Part shown: in pieces, positions 32,290-45,760 of the stretch
Numbering within the stretch: the stretch's first letter is position 1
Layout: each line of letters opens with the position of its first letter
Source: Neoechinorhynchus agilis
Lineage: Eukaryota; Animalia; Acanthocephala
Direction of reading: 5' to 3'
NCBI GenBank assembly: GCA_051530055.1
Contig: CM121341.1
Span: 4,070,784-4,134,783, forward strand
Length of the DNA: 64,000 nt
Notes under the pieces: generated by a model
The model's input: only the letters and a program-made list of their open reading frames with translations
What the model was told of the DNA's origin: nothing
The model's database searches: none
Translations under genes and position numbers: made by a program

Positions 32290-33310
32290 CTCAGACCCCG
32301 CGTCACGTCTTTCCTCCCACAGTTGAATGGGTTGCGCGCGATCCGGATATGATTAGTCATGAACGGTCCATACCTGGAGATCGGCCACAGCTCTTGGAGA
32401 GAAGATTAGTCCAAGCGCTCCTGAATATCTTGAAATTCCTTTCGAGCCTGTATATCCTGGCTGCAGTTATGAGGAGATTATGTCAAATTTTCAGCAGGAT
32501 ATTGATTGCGATCCTAAAAAAAAGAAATTAGAAAGGTGAAATAAGCCGACTGTTTTGTAGAGTTAATGAGGAATACACTATTGGTTGCCGAGATCCTGGT
32601 TTGATAGCCGCTAAACATGATAAAAGGCATTATCCTACTTTGCCGCCATTGAGTGTACCTAAACGTTTTAGGGTTTCAGAGATGCCTTATCGCATTACTG
32701 TTCGTGATCGTCGTCGGGCAATTGCTTTTTCAATATTTACAAGTCTTACAATCGCTTGCCTGAAGAGATTGTTCCATCTAACCCAACATTATTTTGCTGA
32801 ATGCGTCAATTTGAACGATTTAAGCACATTGAGTTCAAAGACTCAATCTATAATTCAAGCCAATTGGGAACGTTTGGACCTATTGTCCCCTTTGAATGTA
32901 GTTAAAATTTTCGCTAAAACTCAGCATAAAGTCATTGAGAACAGTCTTTTTGGAAATTAGAAAGCCTGTCAAACTCTCGCCTTGATGCATGACGCCATCC
33001 TATTGATTTATGGACCTATCAAGAAGTATCAGCGCCTATTTGATGAGCGCAATCGTAAATCAAATTTCTACGTGTATGGTGGCAAGATTCCTCGAGAATT
33101 GAGTGAATATTGTCAGAAGCATTTAAATAAAGCTCATCATTTCTATGTAATGATTATACATCTTTTGATGTCAGTCAACATGACGAAGCGGTTGTTTTAG
33201 AGGAACTTAAAATGAGGCGCTAATGTATACCAGAAGAGTTAATCCGTCTTCATATCGCTATCAAAACAATCATCAACAGTCAATTTGGGCCACTCAAGGG
33301 GAACCCGGCG
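32290..33310 (+). other. Endogenous tymo-like virus RdRp fragment
   Basis: PVYPG, LIAAKH...PTL..S..KR, VKIFAKTQHKV..NSLFG.KACQTLALMHDAILL.YGPIKKYQRLFD, NDYTSFDVSQHDEAVVLEELKM and SQFGPL..GEPG. These closely match Tymoviridae RdRp motifs. Confidence 0.9.
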
Positions 33311-35389
33311 AGAATGTGGGAATTGCTGCTAAGTGAAGCCGTCATATATCAAGCGGCGCTTTTCGATTTCTTTTGCCGACGATGCTCAAAAGAACTGAAA
33401 GTGTCATTAAAAATAGGTCGCATGGCTGAGTGGCACAAAAATTAACAGGCAAATGTATTACGCCCTAAATCGTTCGCAACGTTTGGCTTAAGAAAGATCC
33501 TATTCATGCTGACTTGATGAATTCTTTGACATGACCTCATTATAAGGTCTTTGCAAAGAGTCCTTCGAATTGGTGTCTCAAGTACAGCTAAGTCGGATCG
33601 CAATCCTCAGTTTCCCTCGCCGAACATCGGAATCCTCCCACGTATACGAAACGTCGGATCCTGTGCGCAATGGGTTTAATTTCATTTTATGCGAAATTTT
33701 ATGGAGTCAATGATTGGGGTCTTTACACTAAAACTTCGCGTGTATCTGATCTGAGTGTTAAATAAATAAAAATAAACAATAGCTGCGCATTCCTCGAAAA
33801 TACATTCTTTGGAAAGGCATTAGGAGTTCACGACAAAAACCCCAGGTGATGGAACGTCGACATGGAATGATAGAGACCGTGGTAAGAGCGATAAATAGAA
33901 ATCTTAAAGACTGTATTGGCTATTAAGACCGCTAAAAAACCGATTCAAAAAAAAGGCGGAGCCACTATCCAAATTGCCGTTCAATGTCGAGGTGACCGAC
34001 GGTAAACGCAGTGTCGTTGGCTTCGCGCTCGGCAATGTGAACGGTACTAATCTTTTCACAAGAGTAGGCTGCGAACGAGGACGGCAACAGGAATTATGAG
34101 GAATCGGAACATTGGGATGGATAGCGCGCCCCGTTTTAAAATCAAAAGAGGTCACGTGCAAATAAATTAAATCGATCCTGGCACGCTTAAATTGGTTTCT
34201 GAAAAGAAAATAAATTAATGAAATTTGAGGTCGAACTTCTTCTAAAGTCGGAAAACCTTATCGACAGACAGTTTAATTGAACATTGCAAATGCGATAAGA
34301 AGCACGTAGTTGGAATTAGCGGTTCAATATTTATTAGATTGACGTTATTTCGACATCAAAATCTGTCAATAACAAAAAAAAACAATTACGTATTCGACCA
34401 GGGAGTTCTTAGTCGGCAAAAAGCTGAGGACGAAATTCATTTTTCGCGCTCGGCAATACAAAAAAACGGCACGAAGGAAAAAGATCGCGTCGATGGCAAT
34501 GAAAAATGTTCAATGGAGTTCATTAATCAAGTTGAGATGCTTGAAATTCATGATGATCAAGAAAATAAGTCTCATATTTCACGATTATAAAAAAAAGAAC
34601 AAGTGTCAGTCGAGAACGCTGACAAATATTCAAGGTTTTAAGCAGTGGAGTTGGATTTAAAGTGCTTAGCAGCATAACTCCCGTGATAAATTATCTTACA
34701 ACTCGGAGAATCCGTTGATTTCACTAATTATAGCCATAAGGCAGAACATTTTCAAAAAGAAATTAAATCGGAAAAACCGAGGTCTCCAATAATTTCAAAA
34801 TATTACTCACGTGCTTTGAGGCGCTGAGACGCCGTTATGAACGTAAAGAATTTTCCCCCATCGCCAAAGTCGCTCGATTCAACGGAGAACAAAACAGAAC
34901 GACGCGAGGGAACGCGGATGCAGCGCAATAGAAAGCGGACGGCGATTTGGAAGATACGAAAAAACGACAGAATTCAGGTCCGTTTAATTATTCGGCGGTT
35001 GTTTAAATTTTTTAGTTGTCATTTTTTAATCGAACAACAAATTCGGGAAAATTAGGCATGAAGACTGCTTGCTCGAAGTCTTTTTAAATTCCCAGCGATT
35101 TTCTTGGGTTTAAGAGGCGAAGTTACCTCGTCAAATGTTTCAAATAAATCGAGAATTTGATCGAGTTTTTCCTTCGATTGGTTCAGTTCATTTTCTCTAT
35201 ATACTGCGAGTTTTTCCCTCCTCGAGATTTACATCCAGATTTTCGAGGCCTCAACCTCCTTATCAAGCATCTAAAATCACATATAGAAGTTGAGTTCATT
35301 TGATCCCTGGACGCGGGACCATCAATTTCCAAGGTGACTCTTCACCCTGCTGCTCCACGGAGGTTATTTGTCGGAAGGACAAGAGCGAA

Positions 35390-36110
35390 GTTGCTCTTGT
35401 TCTCTTCCATTGTCCTCTCCGCGTTGATGAGAAGAGTTTCCTTGATCAGAGCCTTCTTTGGACCTCGTTTTCCACCATTTTCACCTTCGTTCCTCCGAAG
35501 TCGATTGTGTGGTCGTTTTGCATGGCGAAGTTGAAAATGACCGATGACACATCACTCCGTTTGAGTGCGTATTCATGCTTTCTTTTCCAAATACTCTGCT
35601 TCGTTTGTCCAATATAAAGACATTGCCACAGTTTTTGCAGGCTGCAGATTAGACCACGCAATCGTTGTCCTTGAGTTGCTCCGACTTGGAAACGCTGTTC
35701 AAAAGTTCAGCACGGCAGCCAGTTTCGCACGTGCTCTCATAAAATTTAACTCTTTGAAACTACAGTAAGATCATCGGCGTATGAGATTCACCGAGCTCGA
35801 TTTCTTCGCACAATAAAGAATCTAGCATTTCTTGCGAGATTTGAGATTTAGAATAAAAAGTGTCATGATCGTCATAAAAAGGATGAGCATGTCGCTAGTT
35901 ATGCTCAGGATACAACAGCGATCATAATCCCCCAACCACGAGATCGAAAAAGTAGCGATAGTGCCACCGTTGCGGTGAGAGAGAGGGAGGTGGGGTAAGA
36001 GACAAGCTTTTATCGCGTTCAGCTGTTCCTCCAGCTTTATTTTGATAGGATCCTCGTTTGTAATCACGAACACGTCGTCGACATACCTGAATCAAACCTT
36101 GATTTGTGGG
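35390..36110 (-). mobile_element. Penelope-like remnant
   Basis: RYVDDVFVI (RT) and YIGQTKQ...H.IDF (GIY-YIG). Confidence 0.75.
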
Positions 36111-36873
36111 AATTTCGTGATCGAATACGATTACAAATAAAACTTTTCTATCCATTTCAACGACAAATAGTGGTTAATTGCTTTGATTATTCTATAATAG
36201 GAGTCCAATTTTTAGGTCGAATAGTTGCGATAGATGAACAATGTTCCCAAGCGCTGCCTTTGAGAGACGTGGATAACAGTTCGCTTTGTTCCGAGCTCGA
36301 AAAACAGCCATAGATTACATATAAAACTTTCAATAGTCCTTATTTACTGGCTTTTGTAAAATGCCCTAATTCAATGAATCCGAAATAAACAAATCAAGTT
36401 CGTAAAATCAAGTAATGAAATACTGTTGCGGGCAAACGCATTCAAATCTTACGAATCGACAAGTTTTCCGAACTGGGAAAAGTGTATGATAGTGCTTTAG
36501 AAGCTTGAGTTATCTTTTGTGAGGAAGTGAACTATCTAATTAGACTTGAAGGAGTTACGGCTCTTTGTTCTTTTGAACGTGATTTGGATAACCTAAAAGA
36601 TAAGAAAGGTATCACTGGTATTGAAGGTCGGAGTTACGCTTGTGTTGAAATATTCACGTTCCTATAGCAGAAGACTTTTCTCCCAAAGGTTTCATTCCAA
36701 ACTGCCTTACAGACTCGTATTTTTCCTGCCAAAACCAAAAACTAAATAAAGTTGTACTGGATTTGATTTAAAACACAAATGTTTTAGTTCCACAAGCAAT
36801 TTTCAAACGCACTTGATTGTAAACAAGCGTTAAACATTGTTGACAAGAGCGTTCTCCATATTTAGAGAAGTCG

Positions 36874-37350
36874 ATGAGAAAGGTAACCAGTTTGCTCCGA
36901 TTTAATTCGGGATACATTCAAGGGAGTTGCATTACTTTTGGTATATTGCCATCTACAGTCACCATGAACGTAATCTATCATTTTCTACTCGTATGGACAT
37001 TCTTTGTCTTTGCCAATCGCTGTATGAGCTTCGACTCAAAAATATTTGGATGGATAAATATCGATGAAAGCTCTGAACAATTCCCTGAGTGGTTCGTTGG
37101 CAAACATTTGGTCAAAACAGAAAAACAGCTTGAAGATGGGTCAAAAGAAGAGATGCAAGTTTCCATCAAACCGAAAAATGACACCGTCGCCGTTACAGAA
37201 ACGAATACTACCGAAATTATCGAAGGATCTCGCAAAAGAAATCTAACGAAGAACATGGATATCTCGACTGAAGGAACAACTACCGTTAAAGGTAAGAAAA
37301 AGAAAATTAACAGGGATAAAAATATGGATTTCGCCAAACAGCAAGATTAG
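36874..37350 (+). CDS. Uncharacterised secreted-type protein, copy 2
   Basis: Differs from copy 1 at one residue. Lies in a duplicated block of about 36130-37720. Confidence 0.5.
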   Translation: MRKVTSLLRFNSGYIQGSCITFGILPSTVTMNVIYHFLLVWTFFVFANRCMSFDSKIFGWINIDESSEQFPEWFVGKHLVKTEKQLEDGSKEEMQVSIKPKNDTVAVTETNTTEIIEGSRKRNLTKNMDISTEGTTTVKGKKKKINRDKNMDFAKQQD

Positions 37351-38002
37351 TGTCGAGCAACAGCATAGATTTATTCGTTCATCGTAGTTAGCATAGAGTT
37401 ATATAATCTTTTATTTGTTGACAAGGGGTTAAAGGTAAATTATTGATAGAGTTCATTTAGGCAAAATGTTAAGAATATAAAAAATCACACATTTTGGCCC
37501 AAATTAACCGTAGTCGGCACCGATATTTCTACTATTTTTTGTTTGTTTTCTCATTGGCCGCTAAGTCAGTGAGGTAAACAGAGGAAGGAGCTGTCGCCTT
37601 GGATTTCCAGCGTCATTGACTTGTTGTACCTATCGAGATCAAAGCACGAATAACTTTGATGAATTTGTGTTTAAAAAATTGGACCCATGCACCTTTGGGT
37701 CCTCATAAGCACACAGATATTTGGTTTTTTGTATGTCCGTTCGAATGGGAATGTCCGGTCGGGGATGTCCGTTCGAGTGGGAATTTCCGGTCGAGGATGT
37801 CCGTTCGGGTGGGAATATCAGGTTTAGTTATGTCGATATGTAAGGTACCGGGGAATGGGATGTCCATTCTCGTGGGAATTGGCGGATATTGTTTGCAGAA
37901 GCGCTTTCAAGGTTGGTCTTTCCTCGTATTCATTTCAAGTTATGATATCCGAGAGAAGATTGGGCAGCATGGAAAAAGGAGCGTAAATATACGAGGATGA
38001 AA

Positions 38003-38980
38003 TTAATTAGGATTACGAGTGTTGTGCTCGTGTGAAAAGGGAAGAAATTGTTCAGCTGGGGTTGAGAGGCGTTTTGTTTGTTTTATGAAAATAGCATCAA
38101 GGCATTCGGCGAGAAGGAGAAAGTCAGTTGCGTGAATTTTATATGCTTTTTTATGAAACATTTCAAGACGGCCGATTTGAGATTTCGATAGGTTGCAAAA
38201 TACGGGATAACCGCAGGCGAGGGAAGGTAAAATAAAAATGAAGTAAAATTTGGAGAGATCGGGTGAATGGATTCCTAAATGTCGGAGGCGTTTGAGGAGA
38301 TAAATATTAAAGGTGTTGTGCTTGAGGGAAGGTGTGATGTGCGAGTGCCATTTCAAGTTTGATTGAAATTGGAGACCCAGAATTCTGAGTGGGTGGTTAC
38401 TCGTAGGATGTTATTTAGAAGCTCAGAGATGATGTGGAGTTGCAGGAGAATTAGGAGATCATTTCGATGCATTTAAAGAAATTCAGGTGGAGTTTGTGAT
38501 TGATGCCGAAATCTTTTATATGTGTGATTTCTTTAGAGGTTAAAGAAAGGGCGAGGTGGGATGGTGAATGGGCGATGAGGGTAATATCGTCGGCGTATAA
38601 GAAGAGTTTAGAGTGAGAGGAGAGAGGTTTGAGGTTGTTGAGGAAAATGTTAAAGAGAAGTGGTGACAACAGACCACCTTGGTGTACGCCTTTGGTGAGA
38701 GATATTCTGATAGAGGAGGTAGAACGGCAGTGAATGTATTGTTTGCGATTGTGAAGATAAGATTCGAGCCAGCGGATCTACCACAAGTTGAGACCCGGGG
38801 TCGAATGCTTTCGATAAATCAAGTTGAATGAGATGGGTGACGCGAGAGGGATTATTGTCGAGATTTCTTAGGAGTGTGTAATAAATGCAAAGTAAGACAT
38901 CGGTTGCAGAAAATTTGGGCCGGAAGCCGAATTGCAGGGGCGATAATTTGTTCTTGAGAAGTGGAAGAAGGCGGGGCAAT
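38003..38980 (-). mobile_element. CR1/L2-like RT remnant
   Basis: QFGFRP, LDLSKAFD, GVPQGG..SPLLFNIF, YADDI and C-terminal KWHSHI...LLKRLR. Confidence 0.85.
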
Positions 38981-38982
38981 AT

Positions 38983-40330
38983 TTAAACAGTTTGGAGAGA
39001 AAAACAGGAAAGGTAAAACTGGAATAAAATCAGCAATAATGATGCCGTAATTCTTGACTTTGGTAACGCTATTTCGCGATTTGGGCTCGTCACGGGAAGC
39101 GCGGACCAGGAATTGGGAGGCCAATCAGAAAAGGATGGGTGAGAGAGGTGACCCTCATGGTTCTTCTCTCGTTTGGTGATAGATTTGTTGGGAAGTGTCG
39201 TCTTGGAAAAAAACTTTTTAGATTTCATGGTATTGTGTACCCTCGCGATGAGATTATAAGGGAATTGGAAGTAGCGGATAATCCTTATAATAAAATCGAT
39301 ATCAATGGTATCGAAAGCTTTCGAAATGTCAAAAGATATTAAAATATTCATTGTTTTCTGATTTAAAGTTAGCTATAATTTCAGTCATTGCCGTATGTAC
39401 AGATTATGAGGTAGAAATCCATGGCATCTCCGATCGATGCAGTCATTGGCAAGGCAAACTGTAAAAGAGACTTGACTAGGGCCCTTTCATAAATGAAAAA
39501 CAATGAGTTTTCTATAGATATCGGGCGAACATCTCCTCCGGCTGTAACCTTTTTCCCCTCTTTTTAATAAGGAAAGTTCGTTTCAATAGGTTTATGTGCG
39601 CCCATTCCGATAATATTAGCCTTATTCAAAACATTAGTGGCTTTCAAGCAAATTGAAGAGCCGTTGTCCGAGGTCTTGTTTCTCGACCCCTACCATTGAA
39701 CAATGTCGGAGGCTTGGAGATCGGACCTTGTTGGTTTCAAAGGTAAAAAGTCATTCTGGGCGTTCGGTGAACAACCAACGGAGTGGCAATCACAGAGCGT
39801 TTTCATCACGACTTCAAGACCAGACTTTTTATCAACATTGCGGCCGCGTGCTGCCAGGGGGCGAACCTTTTCTTAGAAACAACACGCCACCACTGAGAAG
39901 AGTTTGGTACGAGTGTTTTAATCCAACATCTATCCCTGTTCATTTGGTGACATGACCAATACAAGGACGACCAGAATTTGACCGCTGAAGGGTTACCTTA
40001 CTTCTTTGCGCACATCAAGTTTTTTCCATAAAGGGATAGAATCCGCGGGGTTTCACAGAAGCGATTAATGCGCTTGACCGTGGTAAGAAAGTCCCCGCTG
40101 GCAGAAATTTAGGGCGTTAAGTTTGAATTTCCTACAAAGTAAGATATTCTTGTCAAAACTCCAAATGATGCAGTCGTGTCCTATTCTCCGAAAGAGGGAG
40201 CTTTGAGAAATAGCCAAAGGTTTTAAGGAACATCGCCGCCAAAGGCATAGATCCAGGTATGAAGATGAGAATGAAGCTTGAAATGTGGGAAAAGTGGGGG
40301 AAACAATGTCGTGAGAATCGGTTGCTCTAA
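38983..40330 (-). mobile_element. L1/Tx1-like non-LTR remnant
   Basis: VRPISIEN, FDISKAFDTID and QG.PLSPIL, with degenerate upstream sequence. Confidence 0.6.
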
Positions 40331-40489
40331 TTACGGCTTTTAGCCATTTCTGCGATGGATCATTAAAATCTCCAAAGATAAAATCTATCTCTGAGTTTAA
40401 AATGTTTTTTTGCTGGGTCTAATGTAAATTTTTGTAAAGATATAATCCATTGTTTGTAAAAAGAAGGGAAGTGGTACAAATAATATTTT

Positions 40490-41560
40490 ATTGAAATATT
40501 TCGACCCTCACGTGGGTCTTCTTTAGTCAATCTGAAAAGGTCAGGGTTTTTTGCGATCGCTTTTCCACTCCCCCTTATCTGGCGGTATTCTGAGTTTCAG
40601 TTTGTAGCCCGCTTTGTTACCTTCGAAAGTTGGAAGGTATTTGATGCAACTGCCTTCCATCACCAATCGTCCGAATCGATCCTGATTACGTGACAACACC
40701 TTTTTTTTGTTGAAATCGATTCGATGACCAGTTTTCATGACATGCGTGACTACTGCTGAGCTAAGATCCTTCTTTTTGCTAACTGCACATTTGTGTTCTC
40801 GGATTCGTCTGTCGATATTAACAGTTTATCCGACATACACTTCGTCACAGTCCATGCAAGGGATCTTATAGACCGACTCAGGTCGTGGCTCCGTTTTTAT
40901 ATTTGAGATGATCGTATTCAAAGTTCTACCTCTCCTGCAAAAAACTTCGATCGCCAACTCGTCATTCGCATACTTGATTGTCCTTTTCATGTTCCTAAAT
41001 GAAACTTCATCAAGGAAAGGTACTTCGAGAAAAATCTTCTCCTTTTTAATAGTTGGCGATTTTCCGAAACTGTATTTGACATCTTTGAGGCACTTCTCCA
41101 CTAGGTGTAGGGGATATCCCAGCGACCCCGACTTTTCGATGATATATTTGATCTCCTCATTTCGTATGTGTTCATTACTACAATGTGTGAAGGCTCTATA
41201 AAACAAGGGTCTTACGCTAGACACCTTGTACATTTGAGATTGCATGGTATTCCACGGTACGAAACCGTTTGGGACTCCTCGTTTTCTGTATACACTTGTC
41301 GTGTAAAGTAATCCACTCCGTTGGATAGAAACGTCAAGAAATGAAAAATGACCATGGTCCTCAACCTCCATCGTCAACTGGATGTTCATGTCTTTTGTGT
41401 TGAGTTGTTTATGGAAATCTGCAGGCGTCACGAGAGATGGATCAATCAAAATGAACGTGTCGTCGACGTATCTGGTCCAGAATACGATACCAGGAATGGA
41501 ATTTAAGAAATCCGATTCCCATTGTCTCATGTATACCTCCGCTAAGACATGAGAAAGAGG
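40490..41560 (-). mobile_element. Penelope-like element, 5'-truncated (RT + GIY-YIG + hammerhead-like core)
   Basis: GSPLS..LAEVYM, RYVDDTF, FSFLDV and VYKIPCMDCDEVYVG. CTAAAGA-gaccc/gggtc-GAAA at 40499-40526. Confidence 0.9.
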
Positions 41561-43560
41561 ACTTCCCCTATTCTATGAGCAAAAAATCGAGACACATAGC
41601 TAAGCAGTTTGACAGATGTCTTGAAGTAATGAGAGAACGTGTGGGCTTAGAGTATTGTCAAATCTTGGAATTCGTTTTGACAGAAAGCAAGAGTATTAAA
41701 GAAAAGAATATCTACATTCGACACAATCGAAAACTTACTGCCTTGACTAACAATCGTATATATATCGCTTCAGATCACAAGGATGATGTTTATAACATTT
41801 CCTATAACGAAGAGGATTCTCGAAGGAGCAATCACCCTAAAAAAGTACAATACCTTACGAATAATGAAAGTTGACAAAGGTTATGGTTTTTGCATTGTCA
41901 ATCAACATCAGTTTTCTTATCTGGGAGAAGAAATACTCAAAGGGCATGAATTCAAACGACTCGACAACTGTCCAACAGTTAAGCGTGAAAAGGAACTTAA
42001 CGAGCTCATGCTCAGATTGATGAAACAGAAGCTCATGCCTGAGACAAACTATATAAATTTGAGATCAGTGAATGCGAGGACACCCAGGATGTATTTCTTG
42101 GCAAAAGTACATAAGTCACCATTGAAAGTGAGACCTATCGTAGCTGCACATTCATCCTATAATTACAAATTAGCGCAACTGATCGCAGGGTTTCCTAAAA
42201 CATGGCTACCGGAGTCAAACAACGTGGTCATATCTGGAGTAGATTTTATCAATCGGCTAAACAGGAAGTCAATTTATGATTCGTGCATTATGATCTCAGC
42301 GGATGTAGTATCCCTCTTCACAAGAATACCAGTGGAAGATGCCATTGAACTTGCTATCCCACTACTAATGGAGAGTAGCAGTCAGTGGAATCTGTCAGCG
42401 GCCAACTGGCGAAAGTTCTCTTTTGTACGAAATTCTCTTATTTCGAATTTGAAGGACAGAACTTCGATCAGGTTGATGGCCTAGCAATGGGAAGTCCACT
42501 TTCTCCGGCCCTAGCTGAGCTGTATATGAGACACTGGGAAGACTCAAATCTATCTAAACTGACAGGGATACAATTTTGGTGTCGTTATGTGGATGACACC
42601 TTTATCATATTAGACCAAAACGAATGCACCGTTACTCGACTACAACAGGAGCTAAATGAAAGAGATCCCAACATACAATGGACATGTGAAAGGGAGGATT
42701 GTGGAGTTTTACCATTTTTGGATATGAAAGTTAGTAGGAACCAGGATTGTACATTCTCAACTGCGGTCTGCATCAAACATGGTGTGTCATCTCAAATAGT
42801 ACCTTGGGTTTCAGCCGCGTTAATATAAGATATCGAGAGTTCGATCACTGGTTAACCGAGCATACAGATATTGCTCGAATGCGTATTACCTAAATGATGA
42901 ACTAGATCGATTATGGAATGTGTTCAAAAAAGCAGGCTATCCAAGAAAACTATTATTATGGACATGGAAAAATGTCCAGCAAACTATCCGACGGCCACCC
43001 CCCACAAAAGATCGGGATATCGTTCCTTCAACGAATGCAGACACCCGATATATTGAAGTTCCATATATTAACGAGAATTGGAACTGTAATATTGAAACCT
43101 TGGTCAAACGACTCGATGGGAAGAAGGAGTGTGTTCTATATTGCAAGAAGGGACAGACAATGTACAGCATGTTGCAACCTAAAAGAACAGTTGATGGTGC
43201 AACAGAGTGTGTTTATAAAATCCCCTGCAGGGATTGTGATCAATCGTATGTAGGACGAACAATCTCAAGAGGCGTCTTGTTGAACACCGGAGAGCTGTCT
43301 CCAAACAAATGGATACGAAGTCCGCGATTGTACATCATACGATTGAGAGTGGACACCAAATCGATTTTGGAGCAACTGAGGTTCTCGCAGAGTGTAGAAA
43401 CCGACGGGATAGAACGACGGTGGATGCGATGTTTATCCAAAGGGCGATTACACACTCCGCCTACGCGTTCCGCCAGATATCGTTCCAAAAGGACATAGGA
43501 TTTGTGACTGATACATTTTAGATAGTCTGAAGACGGCCTACGCTAAGGCCGAAAATTCAC
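41560..43560 (+). mobile_element. Penelope-like element, nearly full-length and frameshifted, with hammerhead core
   Basis: KVDKG, KVHK...RPIV, SADVVSLFT, AMGSPLSP, RYVDDTF and VYKIPCRDCDQSYVGRT. CTGAAGA-c-ggcct/aggcc-GAAA at 43527-43554. Confidence 0.92.
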
Positions 43561-43959
43561 AATAAAATCGAATTTCTTAGTTCTTATTTTCTTCACCACA
43601 TTTTATGTATCAGAAGTATGTCGCATTCTCTTAGTTCGGGCTTCAGTTGTGATAGGGCTGTCGACCCCCCCCCTGCGTTCCACTGCACTGGGTCAAGTAT
43701 CGATCGGCGCGGAATTAAAATCTACACATTATAACGTTGCAAACATATCGATCGGCGTTATGAGTATATAAATGAAAACGGCATGTGTGGGTTAATGAAT
43801 AACAGTACCAATATTGGAATTGAACAGTTGGGTATTAGGAATATGACACCTAATGGATATTTACCGAATCAAAATTTGAACTTAGCGAATAATTCGTTTT
43901 AAAATCTCCAGCGTCAAAGGAGATTTACGACGGGCGACAAGGTGTTGCAAACCATTATA

Positions 43960-45760
43960 GGGGCCCAGTGGCCGTGCACCGGTGCTGGAAGGGATGGGGG
44001 TCAGGTTTTGAGGTTGCCCATCGGCACCAAAGTGGGTTGGCCCTGTTCCTTCGAGTGCGGCTGAGCGCCTCCGTTGTGTGCAAGTCAGCCGAAAGGCTCC
44101 AAAGGAATATAGCCATGAGGCCAATAAAGAAGATGTCACAAGACCAACTAGTGTATGAGGCCATTGATAATAAATAAAAATAACCATTATAAATCAGCAA
44201 CAACAACTATTGGAGCAGTTGTTGACGAAGGACGATCCTAAGGGAGTGGCGAAAGAAGGATAATGCTAGAGCAGCGATTTTCCGCTCCTTTCAGGAGCAA
44301 AAAAAGAGTTGGCGAAACTACAAGCAGCAGTTGGGCTTTCATTTTGCGGCACAAAGTGTCTGTAGTCATGTAATGACGAGCGGCGATATGTCTCTCTTTT
44401 GGGTTGGTCCGACAACGTATCAATTGATGAGTACACTTATAAAATAATAGGGCTATTTTGCTGCATGTTTTGTAAAAACGGTCAGTCGTATGCTTCCTGG
44501 ATCGCGAATTTATGGGGAAAAGCTCGATCGTGCGAATTTTTCAATAAATCGATCAGTTCGGAAAAAGAAGCACAAATGGTTATGAGAACGCCGCACGATG
44601 AAGTCAGAAACAAGATTCTCCAATTGACAGCACCTTCCTTGAGCGACGTGATCAAAATATGTGATACTTTCGAAATGTTGAAGTCATGGAAGGAAAGGTG
44701 CGTAAGTCGAGAACCCCTGACCGATTCAGCCGAAGGGCAGCAATATACAACCAAGACAGGGCACCTCGAACTGGACGAGATTCCACAGCGAGGAAATAAA
44801 CTCTATCAGAAAGTAAATTATTCGAAGGGACGTTGTGGAAGATGCGGACTCCAACACTATCAACAGAACTGTCCAGCTAGAAACAAAAAGTGTTTCAAGT
44901 GCCAGCGTCTGAGCCATTTCCGATCATGTTGTCGATCGTGGAATCCTATAGATCAACTGGGAGAGCTGAACGCGATATCGGATGTACACAATACAGCAAA
45001 AGGACAGGATCATATTCCCAAACTAGATGTCAAAATAAATCGAAAAACAATCACAATGGAATATGATACATGGGCGCCAGTGTGTCCGTATTGACCATGA
45101 TGGATTGGCGTACGATAGGACAGCCGACCTTGACTCCTGTAGACGTATAATGGCAAACGTTTGGATACACTGGGGAAATGCAACATCGATGCGATTTTGA
45201 GAGCAAGAAAAAAGCGATTGGAACTCATGGTAGTGCGAAACGGCAAGTACAGCTTATTCGGGCGCCCTTGGATTAATGCTTTCGAAATTCCATGGCCGAG
45301 TAGGTTGGAACATGCGGAGATTCCGTCATTCCCTCAATCGTACAGCTATTAATGAAACAACCCGTTTTTTGGCTGTTCGGCCGCTCCGGTTAACAATACA
45401 GAAACATCATTAGCGATCGAGTCAAATGCAACACCAAGAAGATGGACTAGTAGGCGAATTCCGCCGGCGAAGTTAATAAAAAGCGTTCTGTATAGACTTA
45501 ATGAAGGCAATCCAGGTCGAGACACCATCTTTTGCGGCCAGTCTCGATCCGTTTATCGCTCGAATCGTATAATCATACTGACTCAATATAGTAGTCCATC
45601 GTACCAGCCTCCGGCTCATTATCTTAGATAATTCTCGTTTGTTGCCAAAAATATATTCCAGAGGCTTGTGATCAGTTTCCAATCGGAATCGTGTGCCAAA
45701 TAAATACATGTGAAACCTTTTCAGTGCTAAAATAACGGCAAGTGCCTCAGCGTAGACCGT
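43960..45760 (+). mobile_element. Gypsy-like LTR retrotransposon remnant (gag, protease, inverted RNase H piece)
   Basis: Double zinc knuckle CGRCG..H...C / CFKC....HFRSC and protease-like MEYDT. Minus-strand FRLETDHKPL...RW...LSQYDYTI at 45540-45710. Confidence 0.8.
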
